Positions 37,932 through 47,054 of a stretch of DNA of 64,000 bases are shown here, piece after piece. A model generated the notes under the pieces. It worked only from the letters and a program-made list of their open reading frames with translations, ran no database searches and was not told where the DNA came from. The number at the start of each line of letters is the position of its first letter. The stretch's first letter is position 1. The translations under genes and the position numbers were made by a program. This DNA is from Bdellovibrionota bacterium (GTDB taxonomy: Bacteria > Bdellovibrionota_G > JALEGL01 > DATDPG01): positions 352,001 to 416,000 of the forward strand of contig OY764265.1 in NCBI GenBank assembly GCA_963668355.1, given 5' to 3'.

Positions 37932-39079
37932 CAAGCCACCTGACTTTCTTGTTTGGAATTCACTTCCGGCCAAGGCTGATAAGGGAAGTTATATTTACAG
38001 GCCTTGGCGAATCGAAAAAGTTCGTAGGCGTACTCGGTAAACGGAACCGGATGCTCTCCCAATTCCTGTGTGATTCTGGAATTGTCAAACACCGTATTGA
38101 AGGTCAGATAGGGCATGAAGACTTTCATCAAAGAAGCGGGGTACGCCACCCCCAGCTTCTTGGGTGAGTAGGAAAGCGCATTCACGAAATGGGAAACCGG
38201 CTTTTCCAGCCAAGGAATGAACACATGGGGAGTGGCTAAGCCATGTTCCCCCAGCCCTTTCACAATTTGCTCATAGGTCAAAGAGGCAATTCCCGAGGTT
38301 AAATTATAGATATCGTGGTCGGGCTTTCGTTTTTGATGAATGTGAACAATCGCTTTCGCGACAAAGTCCGTGGGGGCAATGTCCACACGCCAAGATTTCC
38401 GAAACGGCAAAACCGGAACACTCGCCAGCATCACAAACGCACGCAACATGTCGAATTGAATGGTTTCCGGAAAGCGGCTATCTCCCAGAACGATACTTGG
38501 ACGAAAAACCGTTCTCTCTACATCCGAAAGAAGTTCCTCAACCATATATTCACAAAACTTTTTCGTTCGCGCATAGGGATCGTAATCGCTTCGACTCCAC
38601 TCCAACATGTCATTTTCAGTCAATGTCTCATTCTTGCGTTTTCCACAAACGGCCACCGTTGAAACATCACTGAAGCGACGAAGGCCATGGTCATCCCTGG
38701 CCGCTTGAGCCAGCTTCAAAACATGCAAAGTCCCTCGTAGGTTCACATTGAAACAGGCTTTGGCAGACTTCCGATTCAATGACGCTGCACAATGAATCAC
38801 AGAATCCATGGTTTTCACCAAACGATGTTTCGCGCTGTCATCCAAGCCTAAACTCTCTCGACTTAGATCTCCCAAATACAAATCCACACGATCATGCGTG
38901 AGCTGAGAAAACTCTTCAAAACCCATATGAAGCTGAAACACCTTCCACAGACGTTTTCTCGCTTCGTCTTCATCTTTTGCCCGAACCAACAACGCCAAAC
39001 GGTCGGAGTGGTTCTTGAGAAGGTCCGCAGCGACATATGAACCAATGCTCCCGGTCGATCCAGTTAAAAAAAGTGCCAT
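37931..39079 (-). CDS. Extended SDR / thioester-reductase-like oxidoreductase (NAD_binding_4)
   Basis: TGSTGSIG, HCAASL, VNLRGT, YARTK, FRPSIV. Confidence 0.9.
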   Translation of the reverse strand: MALFLTGSTGSIGSYVAADLLKNHSDRLALLVRAKDEDEARKRLWKVFQLHMGFEEFSQLTHDRVDLYLGDLSRESLGLDDSAKHRLVKTMDSVIHCAASLNRKSAKACFNVNLRGTLHVLKLAQAARDDHGLRRFSDVSTVAVCGKRKNETLTENDMLEWSRSDYDPYARTKKFCEYMVEELLSDVERTVFRPSIVLGDSRFPETIQFDMLRAFVMLASVPVLPFRKSWRVDIAPTDFVAKAIVHIHQKRKPDHDIYNLTSGIASLTYEQIVKGLGEHGLATPHVFIPWLEKPVSHFVNALSYSPKKLGVAYPASLMKVFMPYLTFNTVFDNSRITQELGEHPVPFTEYAYELFRFAKACKYNFPYQPWPEVNSKQESQVA

Positions 39080-40794
39080 TAGGGTGTCGCCTCCTGGGGT
39101 TGAGATTCCATATCCTTCGAGCCAGGCAACGATGGTCCTGCCATGTTTTCCGTTGGACGCGAAAACATTTTTACAGGGTACTTGGGCTCATAAAGTTCCC
39201 TCGGCTTTCCTTCGATGACGGGATAACACCACCTTCGCAAACCCGGCATATGAATATTCAACCAGTACTTTCGCCAAGGAATCTCTTCCGGCGCGAATCG
39301 ATAATGTTCTTCCTTCAAATTCACATTCACCAGAGCGCGTGTGTCGAAAATTCGATGCACATGTAAAATATAGGGATAGAACAATTCCAACACGCCTTCC
39401 ACCTGATCAATGCGACGACCAATACGAACAAGTTTTCCAGACCACGTGGCAAACCACCGAAAAAGAAAAAACTTGGACTTGGGAGAAAAGATTTCCAATT
39501 TTTTGCCCGCCCACGACACGACATTTTTCAACCTTCGAACGGCCAGGGGGTTGGTCACCGGGGAAGGAATCACGTCCCACCGTGAGAGAACCACACGTTC
39601 CAACCAATTGGTTCCATGTTGCCTAAGATGCGTTCGGTGCGAAAGCTGCGTGAGCTCACACACCCTCGCCATCGTAATGGGTTGTCGATCCGACGTACCA
39701 CAATGATAAACCCTTTCCTGTTCTCTCTTGAGTAAGGCCGCACCAACCACAGTCATGGCTCGACAAACGATGTCGACAGGAACAATGTCCAAGGGTTGTT
39801 CTTTTCGGGTCGGCAAATACCGAAACCATGTTCCAGATAAATACGTCAGCGGCCCAGAGGTATTAAACCCTTCGTTCCATCCCGGAAAGGGGAAACTTAC
39901 AGCCGTTTCAATGATGGCGGGACGAAAAATGGAATAGGTGAGATCTGCTCCTCTCCCGACTAGCAACGCCTCTGCCAACGCCTTGGTATACGTGTAGATG
40001 TCGTTGTACCCCCATTTGGCCACACGTCGTTTCCCTTCAGCAATCATGGCTTCTTTGAGCCAACGTTTCCGAATCATTTGCTCCCGCTTCTTAAATGTGG
40101 ATCCTTTCGTCGCTCCCTTGCCTTTTTTCTTGGCTTCCAATTCCGCTTCAACTTTGGCGTTCATTTCCGGAGACTGATGTTCTTTTTCAATCTGGGCCGT
40201 CATGGCCATGACATCTTTGAATTCGTTTTCCCCGTTGAATGGCAACCCTCTGGGAGACACATCCGTTTGAATTTCTTCTGTGATCCTTCCTTTTCGGACC
40301 CCAGAAACATAGGCCGTGCTCACATGTTGAAGCGCCGCATGGTCGCAGCCACGAATGAATTCCAGAACGTTTAACGTTCCCAACACATTGGCCGAAAGGG
40401 AAAAGCGAAGATCTGGATTAAAATCCACCAACCCCGCACTGTTGACAAAAAGGTCGATCTCTTTTTGCACACGGATTCGGTCCTCCGAAGACAGGCCCAA
40501 ATTTTCCTCCGCAATATCGCCTTCCAAAACCTCAATTTTCTGACTCAAGAAGGCAGACAATTCGTTTCCATGTTTTTCGTGAAGCGGAGCAAAAACGGGG
40601 ACGGTGTTCACCATCAACTCAAAACGTTCCTTGGCAGTCCTTTGTCCTTTTCGGCGAAGCAGAACAAAAACCTTTCGAACCTCAGGAAAGTCATGAAGGA
40701 GCATGCTTAGCCAAACCTTCCCCAAGAAGCCGCTAGCTCCGGCCAAAACAATGGTTTTCCCTTTAAAGGTATCCTGAAGACACAATTCACTCAT
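39079..40794 (-). CDS. Fatty acyl-CoA reductase (FAR; male-sterility type)
   Basis: GASGFLGKV, HVSTAYV, YTYTKALAE, PFPGWNEG, DIVPVD. Start placed at MSELC. Confidence 0.9.
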   Translation of the reverse strand: MSELCLQDTFKGKTIVLAGASGFLGKVWLSMLLHDFPEVRKVFVLLRRKGQRTAKERFELMVNTVPVFAPLHEKHGNELSAFLSQKIEVLEGDIAEENLGLSSEDRIRVQKEIDLFVNSAGLVDFNPDLRFSLSANVLGTLNVLEFIRGCDHAALQHVSTAYVSGVRKGRITEEIQTDVSPRGLPFNGENEFKDVMAMTAQIEKEHQSPEMNAKVEAELEAKKKGKGATKGSTFKKREQMIRKRWLKEAMIAEGKRRVAKWGYNDIYTYTKALAEALLVGRGADLTYSIFRPAIIETAVSFPFPGWNEGFNTSGPLTYLSGTWFRYLPTRKEQPLDIVPVDIVCRAMTVVGAALLKREQERVYHCGTSDRQPITMARVCELTQLSHRTHLRQHGTNWLERVVLSRWDVIPSPVTNPLAVRRLKNVVSWAGKKLEIFSPKSKFFLFRWFATWSGKLVRIGRRIDQVEGVLELFYPYILHVHRIFDTRALVNVNLKEEHYRFAPEEIPWRKYWLNIHMPGLRRWCYPVIEGKPRELYEPKYPVKMFSRPTENMAGPSLPGSKDMESQPQEATP

Positions 40795-40801
40795 AAGATG
40801 C

Positions 40802-41482
40802 CTATCTTCCCGCATGAAGTACGGGCCAATGTTCATGGCGAGCCAATCGACGCATCAGATGATCTGGATTCACCACACAAGGTTCCTGAACGAGACGGAG
40901 AAGATTCGCATCCGACCCCGAAGACACAAAAGCCTGAGAAGACTCCAAGCCCAAAGAATTTTGAGCCAACAACCCTTTTAACTGGTCCATGGATTGATGA
41001 CCCCCAATTTTGGGAGGAAGCAACCGTCCTGTGGCAAATCGATCGACATATTCCAAACGATTGGCCTGGTAATGATCGACCTTGAGGTACTTGGCCAATC
41101 GCTTCATCAACTCTTCAACCATATCCCCGACCAGAACCACTTTCCTTCCCTGCACTTGAGCCCTTAGTAATAAAGCGATTCCGTCTTCCAACAAGTTCCG
41201 TTTCAGACGCGTTTCAAAATACTCTTCGGCCATAAAGGCAATTCGATCTTTCGACATTCCCTTCAAAGGATAGTACGCCAAGCTGGAAGATCGCTCGCGG
41301 TCGCTTTTTCGAAAGGCTCTGGAAATGGGGGCCGAAAGAGCGACATGGCCCAGACGAAAAACCCTTTCCCCAATGCCCTGAGCATTGGCGGCAAGATAGG
41401 TGGCAAAAGAAAGAGTCCCCCTCTTGAGAAGCACTCCCTCCACACGGAACACAGCAATAGATTTTTGAGTCATTTCAGTCAT
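40802..41482 (-). CDS. HAD-IB/SerB-like protein with degenerate catalytic motifs
   Basis: HAD-IB layout (...VVNPD...LARHEHWPVL), but motif I reads VFRVEGVL instead of FDxDGTL. Confidence 0.8.
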   Translation of the reverse strand: MTEMTQKSIAVFRVEGVLLKRGTLSFATYLAANAQGIGERVFRLGHVALSAPISRAFRKSDRERSSSLAYYPLKGMSKDRIAFMAEEYFETRLKRNLLEDGIALLLRAQVQGRKVVLVGDMVEELMKRLAKYLKVDHYQANRLEYVDRFATGRLLPPKIGGHQSMDQLKGLLAQNSLGLESSQAFVSSGSDANLLRLVQEPCVVNPDHLMRRLARHEHWPVLHAGR

Positions 41483-41530
41483 TTTTAGGGAGGGGAACCT
41501 ACCCCGAAGCGTTGAAAATATCTACCAAAT

Positions 41531-41550
41531 TAGAACGACATGTCAGTCTA
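41531..41550. promoter_or_regulatory. Putative TetR operator upstream of the lipid operon
   Basis: Near-perfect 20-bp palindrome TAGAACGACATGTCAGTCTA, ~50 bp upstream of the first gene. Confidence 0.65.
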
Positions 41551-41792
41551 TTCTTTCTGCTTTACAGCCCCTTGGACTTGAATCACCCTAAGGACGCATA
41601 ACTACCTATTTTCACAGGTTTTTTGGCCTTTTCAGACCGAAGCTGTTCCTCCAATCCCCCCGCTTGACTCCAACGCCGAGAGGAGCCAAACGAGTCATTT
41701 TCCAATGAGAAAACCAGGTTAAGAATCTTTGCCCCATCGCGACTCCTCTTGTAAAGTCACGTCGAATTTTTTTTCAGGAGGAAATCATCGTT

Positions 41793-42329
41793 ATGCATAA
41801 AAAGATTTGGTCGGTTGTAGGGGTATTCGCTCTAGTGGGAATGATTTCGAGTTCTGCAATGGCAAACACCACTTCAAAACTCATTAATCCAGATGGGTAT
41901 TACACTCTCGGTGCCAGTGACTTGGAACTAAACTTTGGATTTGATGTCAGCATTTTTCGTGGCGACTTCAAAGACGAGCAATTCGCATTCAACCTGGGTG
42001 GAAACTATTTTCTAACAGACGTTTTCGCTCCAGGTGTTGAAATCGAGTTCTGGAATCTCGGAGCGGGAACCGACGCTCGCTTCTTGCCGAATCTGAAAGC
42101 TTACTGGCCCTTGAACTCCAGATTGGCTCCTTATGCACAGGTTCTTTTTGGTTACGCTAACCTTGGCAACGCGAACCTGTTTAACTTTGGTTTAGCGGTC
42201 GGAGCCAACTACCTGCTGACCAGCAATATTGCGATCGGCACCAAGCTCCGATACGACTTGGGCGCTGGAGATGGAACGTTTCACCGGATTCAATTCCCGA
42301 TCGAATTTGCGCTCTATTTCAGCCTTTAA
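41793..42329 (+). CDS. Small outer membrane beta-barrel protein
   Basis: Signal peptide, alternating amphipathic strands, aromatic C-terminus (ALYFSL). Confidence 0.85.
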   Translation: MHKKIWSVVGVFALVGMISSSAMANTTSKLINPDGYYTLGASDLELNFGFDVSIFRGDFKDEQFAFNLGGNYFLTDVFAPGVEIEFWNLGAGTDARFLPNLKAYWPLNSRLAPYAQVLFGYANLGNANLFNFGLAVGANYLLTSNIAIGTKLRYDLGAGDGTFHRIQFPIEFALYFSL

Positions 42330-42350
42330 TTGATAAGGATATGTTTTTTC

Positions 42351-42392
42351 AAAGCCAAAGCTGAGAACGTTTTCTCAGCTTTGGCTTTTTTT
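42351..42392 (+). terminator. Intrinsic terminator
   Basis: Perfect 17-bp inverted repeat AAAGCCAAAGCTGAGAA/TTCTCAGCTTTGGCTTT plus U-tract. Confidence 0.85.
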
Positions 42393-42406
42393 CATTTGGG
42401 GGATTT

Positions 42407-43162
42407 ATGTCCAATACAAATTTTTTCAACATTCTCATCATCAACGGACGACCTGGATCTGGAAAATCCGAAATCATCGACTTCCTAAAGAAAACGCCAC
42501 TCGAAGAGCGGATCGAAAAATTTCATGTGGGAGAGATGGAAGAGTTCGATGATTTTCCCATTCTCTGGGATGCCTTCGAAAGCGATGACATCTTCGAAAA
42601 ACATGGGAAAGAACGTCTGATCTCAAACTCCACGTTTACCTATAAGGGAAAGACGCTCAATGGATACGTATTCAAGGATAAGTTCTACTGGAACTTCTTA
42701 ATTGAAAAGCTCTGTCTCAACTACAGCAAACGCCTTAGAGATGAGCCCAATTACCATGGAAAAACCACGGCCATCATTGAGTTCGCACGCGGCTCAGAGC
42801 ATGGGGGATGGGCAGAAGCCTATCCGTATCTTTCAGATGAAGTCCTGAAGAATGCCTCCACCCTTTACATCAATGTTCCCTGGGAAGAGTCCTTGCGAAA
42901 AAATAAGCAACGCGCCAGACCCGACCAGGAGGACAGCATCCTTCATCATTCATTGGAAGATGAAAAAATGGAGATGATTTACAAAGAATCGGACTGGGAA
43001 GAATTTTCCAGCAAGGACCCGAACCACCTTTTGGTTCGAGGTCAGAAAGTCCCCTATGTCGTTTTCGAGAATGTTCCGGACAAAACCACGGACCAACCTC
43101 CTGAGCTTGGACCTTATCTTCAAGAGGTCCTGGGAAAACTCTGGAAAACCAAAAACTGTTAA
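42407..43162 (+). CDS. P-loop NTPase, nucleoside/nucleotide-kinase-like hypothetical protein
   Basis: N-terminal GRPGSGKSE Walker A; IIEFARG; lid-like SLRKNKQR. Confidence 0.75.
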   Translation: MSNTNFFNILIINGRPGSGKSEIIDFLKKTPLEERIEKFHVGEMEEFDDFPILWDAFESDDIFEKHGKERLISNSTFTYKGKTLNGYVFKDKFYWNFLIEKLCLNYSKRLRDEPNYHGKTTAIIEFARGSEHGGWAEAYPYLSDEVLKNASTLYINVPWEESLRKNKQRARPDQEDSILHHSLEDEKMEMIYKESDWEEFSSKDPNHLLVRGQKVPYVVFENVPDKTTDQPPELGPYLQEVLGKLWKTKNC

Positions 43163-43207
43163 CGTTCATCGCTCTCAAATCAACTGGAGCGACCTGAAAA
43201 GAAGGGA

Positions 43208-44719
43208 ATGGGTATGACGGGAATTCTTTTGATCATGTTGGCCCTGCAATCGGCAACTCTTGTGGCAGACTGGAAGGCAGGATTTCTGCTCATTACGGTA
43301 TTGGGGGTCTGTTACATTTATTTCGGGAACAACCCCGTTGGCCACCAAAGAAAATTTCGAATCCGATCTTTTCTAAATTGGTTCCCCATGGGCCTCCTTT
43401 ATGCCTTTCTCTACATGGGACGATATAACCTCACGGTTTCCAAAACGGCCCTAGGAAGCCTAATGACCAAAGAATCCTTTGGACTCATTTTCGCTGCCGG
43501 AACCATCACCTATGCTTTCTCTTTTCTGATTAATGGACCCTTGGTGGACAAGATCGGTGGTAAAAAGGGGATGCTCATCGGAGGAGCTGGAGCTGCTCTG
43601 GCCAACATTTTAATGGGAATCATGACCTTCATGCTCCTTCATGGTCAGCTCTCCATCAACACCACCGTTGCTTTTGCCATTCTTTATTCCTTAAATATGT
43701 ATTTCCAAAGTTATGGTGCTGTTTCCATCGTGAAAGTGAATGCGCACTGGTTCCACGTTAAAGAACGAGGAATTTTTGGAGGTATCTTTGGAACATTGAT
43801 TTCGTTGGGAATCTATTTTGCATTTACCTGGGGACAGGCCATCGTCAATGCAACTTCTGTAGAACCGTCGAAAGAGGTGGGGCTATTTGGTGGCTTCCTG
43901 AGAACCCTTCTAGGATCAGAAACGTCTGACATGAACCAAACATGGTTTGTCTTCTTCATCCCCGCAGTTCTATTGCTCATCATGTTTGTCATCGAACTGT
44001 TCCTACTCAAGGACACACCTGAGGAAGCCGGCTTCGATAGCTTTGATACGGAGGATGCAAGTTCAGGAGAAATGGATCAAGAATTCACTTCCTGGCAAAT
44101 CATTAAGAAAATTTTAACCAATCCAATCATCCTTACGATTGCTGGTATTGAGTTTTGTTCGGGAGTGCTTCGAAATGGCATCATGCATTGGTATTGGATC
44201 TTTGTGGCCGAAGCGGGTCCCACCATTCAACAAGGCTCGGTGTTCTTCAAAAGCCACTGGGGTGAATTGCTAAGTTTAGCTGGAATCTATGGTGGGTTCT
44301 TCGCCGGAATCATGTCCGACAGAATCTTTGGTTCCCGAAGGGGACCTTCTGCAACCCTCAATTATGCCGGCCTGGTCTTATGCATGGTCGTTACGGCAAT
44401 TGTCCTTTGGAAGTTCCCCATCGCTTTGGGCGTCATGATGATCACCTCTTCATTCCTCGTCATCGGAGTTCATGGCCTTCTCTCCGGAACGGCCACCATG
44501 GACTTTGGTGGGCGTAGAGGAGCCGCAACAGCCGTGGGCGTTGTAGATGGTTTCGTCTATTTAGGAACGGGGGTTCAGTCTCTATCCTTGGGGTACATCA
44601 CTTCTTGGAACTGGACGTATTGGCCGATTTTCTTGATTCCGTTTTCTTTGATTGGAACATTCCTGGCCATCCGAATTTGGAAAGCCTTCCCCGACTCCAA
44701 ACGAAAGGGAGCCGCGTAG
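43208..44719 (+). CDS. MFS transporter, organophosphate:Pi antiporter (GlpT/UhpT-like)
   Basis: YMGRYNL, HWFHVKERG, SDRIFGSRRGP, AVGVVDGFVYLG. Confidence 0.88.
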   Translation: MGMTGILLIMLALQSATLVADWKAGFLLITVLGVCYIYFGNNPVGHQRKFRIRSFLNWFPMGLLYAFLYMGRYNLTVSKTALGSLMTKESFGLIFAAGTITYAFSFLINGPLVDKIGGKKGMLIGGAGAALANILMGIMTFMLLHGQLSINTTVAFAILYSLNMYFQSYGAVSIVKVNAHWFHVKERGIFGGIFGTLISLGIYFAFTWGQAIVNATSVEPSKEVGLFGGFLRTLLGSETSDMNQTWFVFFIPAVLLLIMFVIELFLLKDTPEEAGFDSFDTEDASSGEMDQEFTSWQIIKKILTNPIILTIAGIEFCSGVLRNGIMHWYWIFVAEAGPTIQQGSVFFKSHWGELLSLAGIYGGFFAGIMSDRIFGSRRGPSATLNYAGLVLCMVVTAIVLWKFPIALGVMMITSSFLVIGVHGLLSGTATMDFGGRRGAATAVGVVDGFVYLGTGVQSLSLGYITSWNWTYWPIFLIPFSLIGTFLAIRIWKAFPDSKRKGAA

Positions 44720-46108
44720 GTGCTCGAAACACTGAACGCCTGGATCAGTTATTTTAATTCAAATATCGGGAGCATCATGCTCATGGTGCTCCTGGTTCCA
44801 ACCGGACTTTTTCTCACTCTCTTTTTTGGCTTTCTTCAAATTCGAAAATTCAAGCACGCCGTAAACATCACAAGAGGCCTTTATGACAATCCGTCAGATC
44901 AGGGAGATGTCACTCATTTCCAAGCATTGACAACAGCTCTTTCCGCGACGGTAGGCATTGGAAACATCGCAGGTGTGGCCCTTGCGATTTATTTTGGAGG
45001 TCCAGGAGCGATTTTCTGGATGTGGTGCACGGGCTTCGTGGGCATGATGACTAAATTTGCCGAATGCACGTTGGCCATGAAATATCGAAAAACGGCCGCG
45101 GATGGATCGATGTCTGGCGGTCCCATGTACTACATGGAATACGGCCTCAAGAAATATTTGGGTCGGTATAGTCGTTATTTGGGAATTTTCTTCGCGTTGG
45201 GCATCATTCTTTGCTCATTCGGAACAGGAAACCTGACTCAATCCAACACCGTAGCAAGCGCGCTTCGAGCTTCTTATGATGTTCCCACATGGGTAACCGC
45301 AATTGTTTCGTCTACCCTCGTCTTCCTTGTTATCGTGGGTGGAATTCGACGAATTGCCCAAGTCACCAGTCGACTTGTGCCCTTCATGGCGGCTTTTTAT
45401 GTCGGCAGCGCCCTCTTGGTCATTTTCGCCAATCTCGAACATGTCTGGCCCTCGTTAAAGATGATCGTCACAGATGCATTTACCGGAACCGCTGCAACGG
45501 GAGGTTTCATTGGATCTTCATTCATGATCGCCGCTCGTTATGGCATTGCTAGAGGACTGTTTTCCAACGAAGCCGGACAGGGTTCCGCACCCATCGCACA
45601 TGCTGCAGCCAAAACAGAGTATCCGCTACGTGAAGGACTGGTGGCCTCTTTGGAACCCTTCGTGGATACGTTATGCATCTGCACCATGACCGCCTTGGTC
45701 ATCATCATCAGCGGCTCTTGGACATCTGGACTCCAAGGAGCCCCCATGACCGTATTGGGATTCGAAACCGGTCTAGCTTCTTTCGGTCTCGCATCATTGG
45801 GAAAGCATATCGTGACAATCGGAGTCTTCATGTTTGCCCTTTCGACAGCCATTAGCTGGTCCTACTATGGAGATCGATGTGTGGAATATTTATTTGGCTT
45901 GAAGTGGATTAAGCCCTATCGCATTCTCTTTTGTGTCGGACATTTTTGCGGAGCTATTTGGGCGTTGGAGCTTGTTTGGAATATGGCAGACATGTTTTTG
46001 GCACTGGTCGCTGTCCCCAATTTGGTGGCCATTCTGCTTCTCTCCCCGGAACTGAAAAAAGAGACCAAAGCCTATTTTGCCATCCCCCATCAACCCTTCC
46101 AGCGTTAA
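44720..46108 (+). CDS. Sodium:alanine/glycine symporter (AGCS family)
   Basis: ATVGIGNIAGVA, GGPGAIFWMW, GGPMYY, RGLFSNEAGQGS. Confidence 0.96.
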   Translation: MLETLNAWISYFNSNIGSIMLMVLLVPTGLFLTLFFGFLQIRKFKHAVNITRGLYDNPSDQGDVTHFQALTTALSATVGIGNIAGVALAIYFGGPGAIFWMWCTGFVGMMTKFAECTLAMKYRKTAADGSMSGGPMYYMEYGLKKYLGRYSRYLGIFFALGIILCSFGTGNLTQSNTVASALRASYDVPTWVTAIVSSTLVFLVIVGGIRRIAQVTSRLVPFMAAFYVGSALLVIFANLEHVWPSLKMIVTDAFTGTAATGGFIGSSFMIAARYGIARGLFSNEAGQGSAPIAHAAAKTEYPLREGLVASLEPFVDTLCICTMTALVIIISGSWTSGLQGAPMTVLGFETGLASFGLASLGKHIVTIGVFMFALSTAISWSYYGDRCVEYLFGLKWIKPYRILFCVGHFCGAIWALELVWNMADMFLALVAVPNLVAILLLSPELKKETKAYFAIPHQPFQR

Positions 46109-46138
46109 TCCTTTTCCACAAAGTTTCTCAAAGCCCAC

Positions 46139-46228
46139 AAAAAAAGTGGGTGCCGGGGGACAGCACCCACTTTCACATGACGCCCGATTGGGGGGATGAA
46201 TGAATCGAACGTCGGTTGATCAATCGTT
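46139..46228 (-). ncRNA. Structured yceI 3' UTR: C-rich hairpin plus terminator (candidate 3'-UTR-derived sRNA)
   Basis: Minus strand GACGTTCGATT-CATTCATCCCCCC-AATCGGGCGTC, then AAAGTGGGTGCTG-TCCCC-CGGCACCCACTTT and a U-tract. Confidence 0.5.
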
Positions 46229-46822
46229 CTATTTGTCCGGAGATTTCTTTTTATTGGATTCCACTTCCAGAAAAATTTGAATCTCGTCGCCTACAAGAAG
46301 GCCTCCGGTTTCCAATTTCTTATTCCAAGAAAGGCCAAAATCTTTCCGGTTGAGTTTTGTGGTCGCCGAAAAAACAGCCTTCTCATTTCCCCAAGGATCC
46401 ACGGCCGTACCCAAAATCTCAACATCCAGCACCACCGGTTTTGTGACCCCATGCATGGTCAAATTTCCACGAATTTTTGCCGAATCTTTCTCAGCTTTTA
46501 GCACCTTGGTGCTGACAAATTCCAAGGTTGGATATTTTTTTACATGGAAGAAATCATCATTTCTTAAATGGTCATCTCTCTTCTCATTATTGGTATCAAT
46601 GCTTTTGGCTTCAATGGTGGCCTTCACTTTCCATTCCTTGGGTTTGCCGGGTTCATAATCAATCGAACCGGAAAAAGAATTAAACCGTCCCGTGACCTTT
46701 CCGATCAAATGACGCACCTTGAACTCAACACTGGAGTGAGCCGAATCAATTTCATACGTCGCCGCATGGATCGGAGATGCCAGACCCATCACCAGACATG
46801 CCACCAAGGCCAATCGCTTCAT
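46229..46822 (-). CDS. yceI: YceI family lipid/polyisoprenoid-binding protein
   Basis: IDSAHSSVEFKVRH, RDDHLRNDDFF, GNLTMHGVTKPV, RKDFGL. Confidence 0.95.
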   Translation of the reverse strand: MKRLALVACLVMGLASPIHAATYEIDSAHSSVEFKVRHLIGKVTGRFNSFSGSIDYEPGKPKEWKVKATIEAKSIDTNNEKRDDHLRNDDFFHVKKYPTLEFVSTKVLKAEKDSAKIRGNLTMHGVTKPVVLDVEILGTAVDPWGNEKAVFSATTKLNRKDFGLSWNKKLETGGLLVGDEIQIFLEVESNKKKSPDK

Positions 46823-47054
46823 ACAATAACTCCTTAATATAATTTAGTTTTTCGAGCCGACTTAGGCTCTATATCAAATTTTTCGAAATAGTACCAAATT
46901 AGTTACATTTTTCCAGTCCCAAAAATACCTCAGACCCTTTTTTCCATCTAGACAGGGGGCTTCATTCTAAGACCGGTTTTCTCGCGCAATAATGCATTGG
47001 GTATACAGCTTCCCGCTGGGAAACATCTCTCACGCTACGTTCGGATTAGGCTCT

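Noticed and set aside
46891..46906. Imperfect palindrome GTACC-N6-GTTAC upstream of yceI
   Set aside because: Single short site in AT-rich DNA with no cognate regulator nearby; its spacing differs from the sRNA activator motif.
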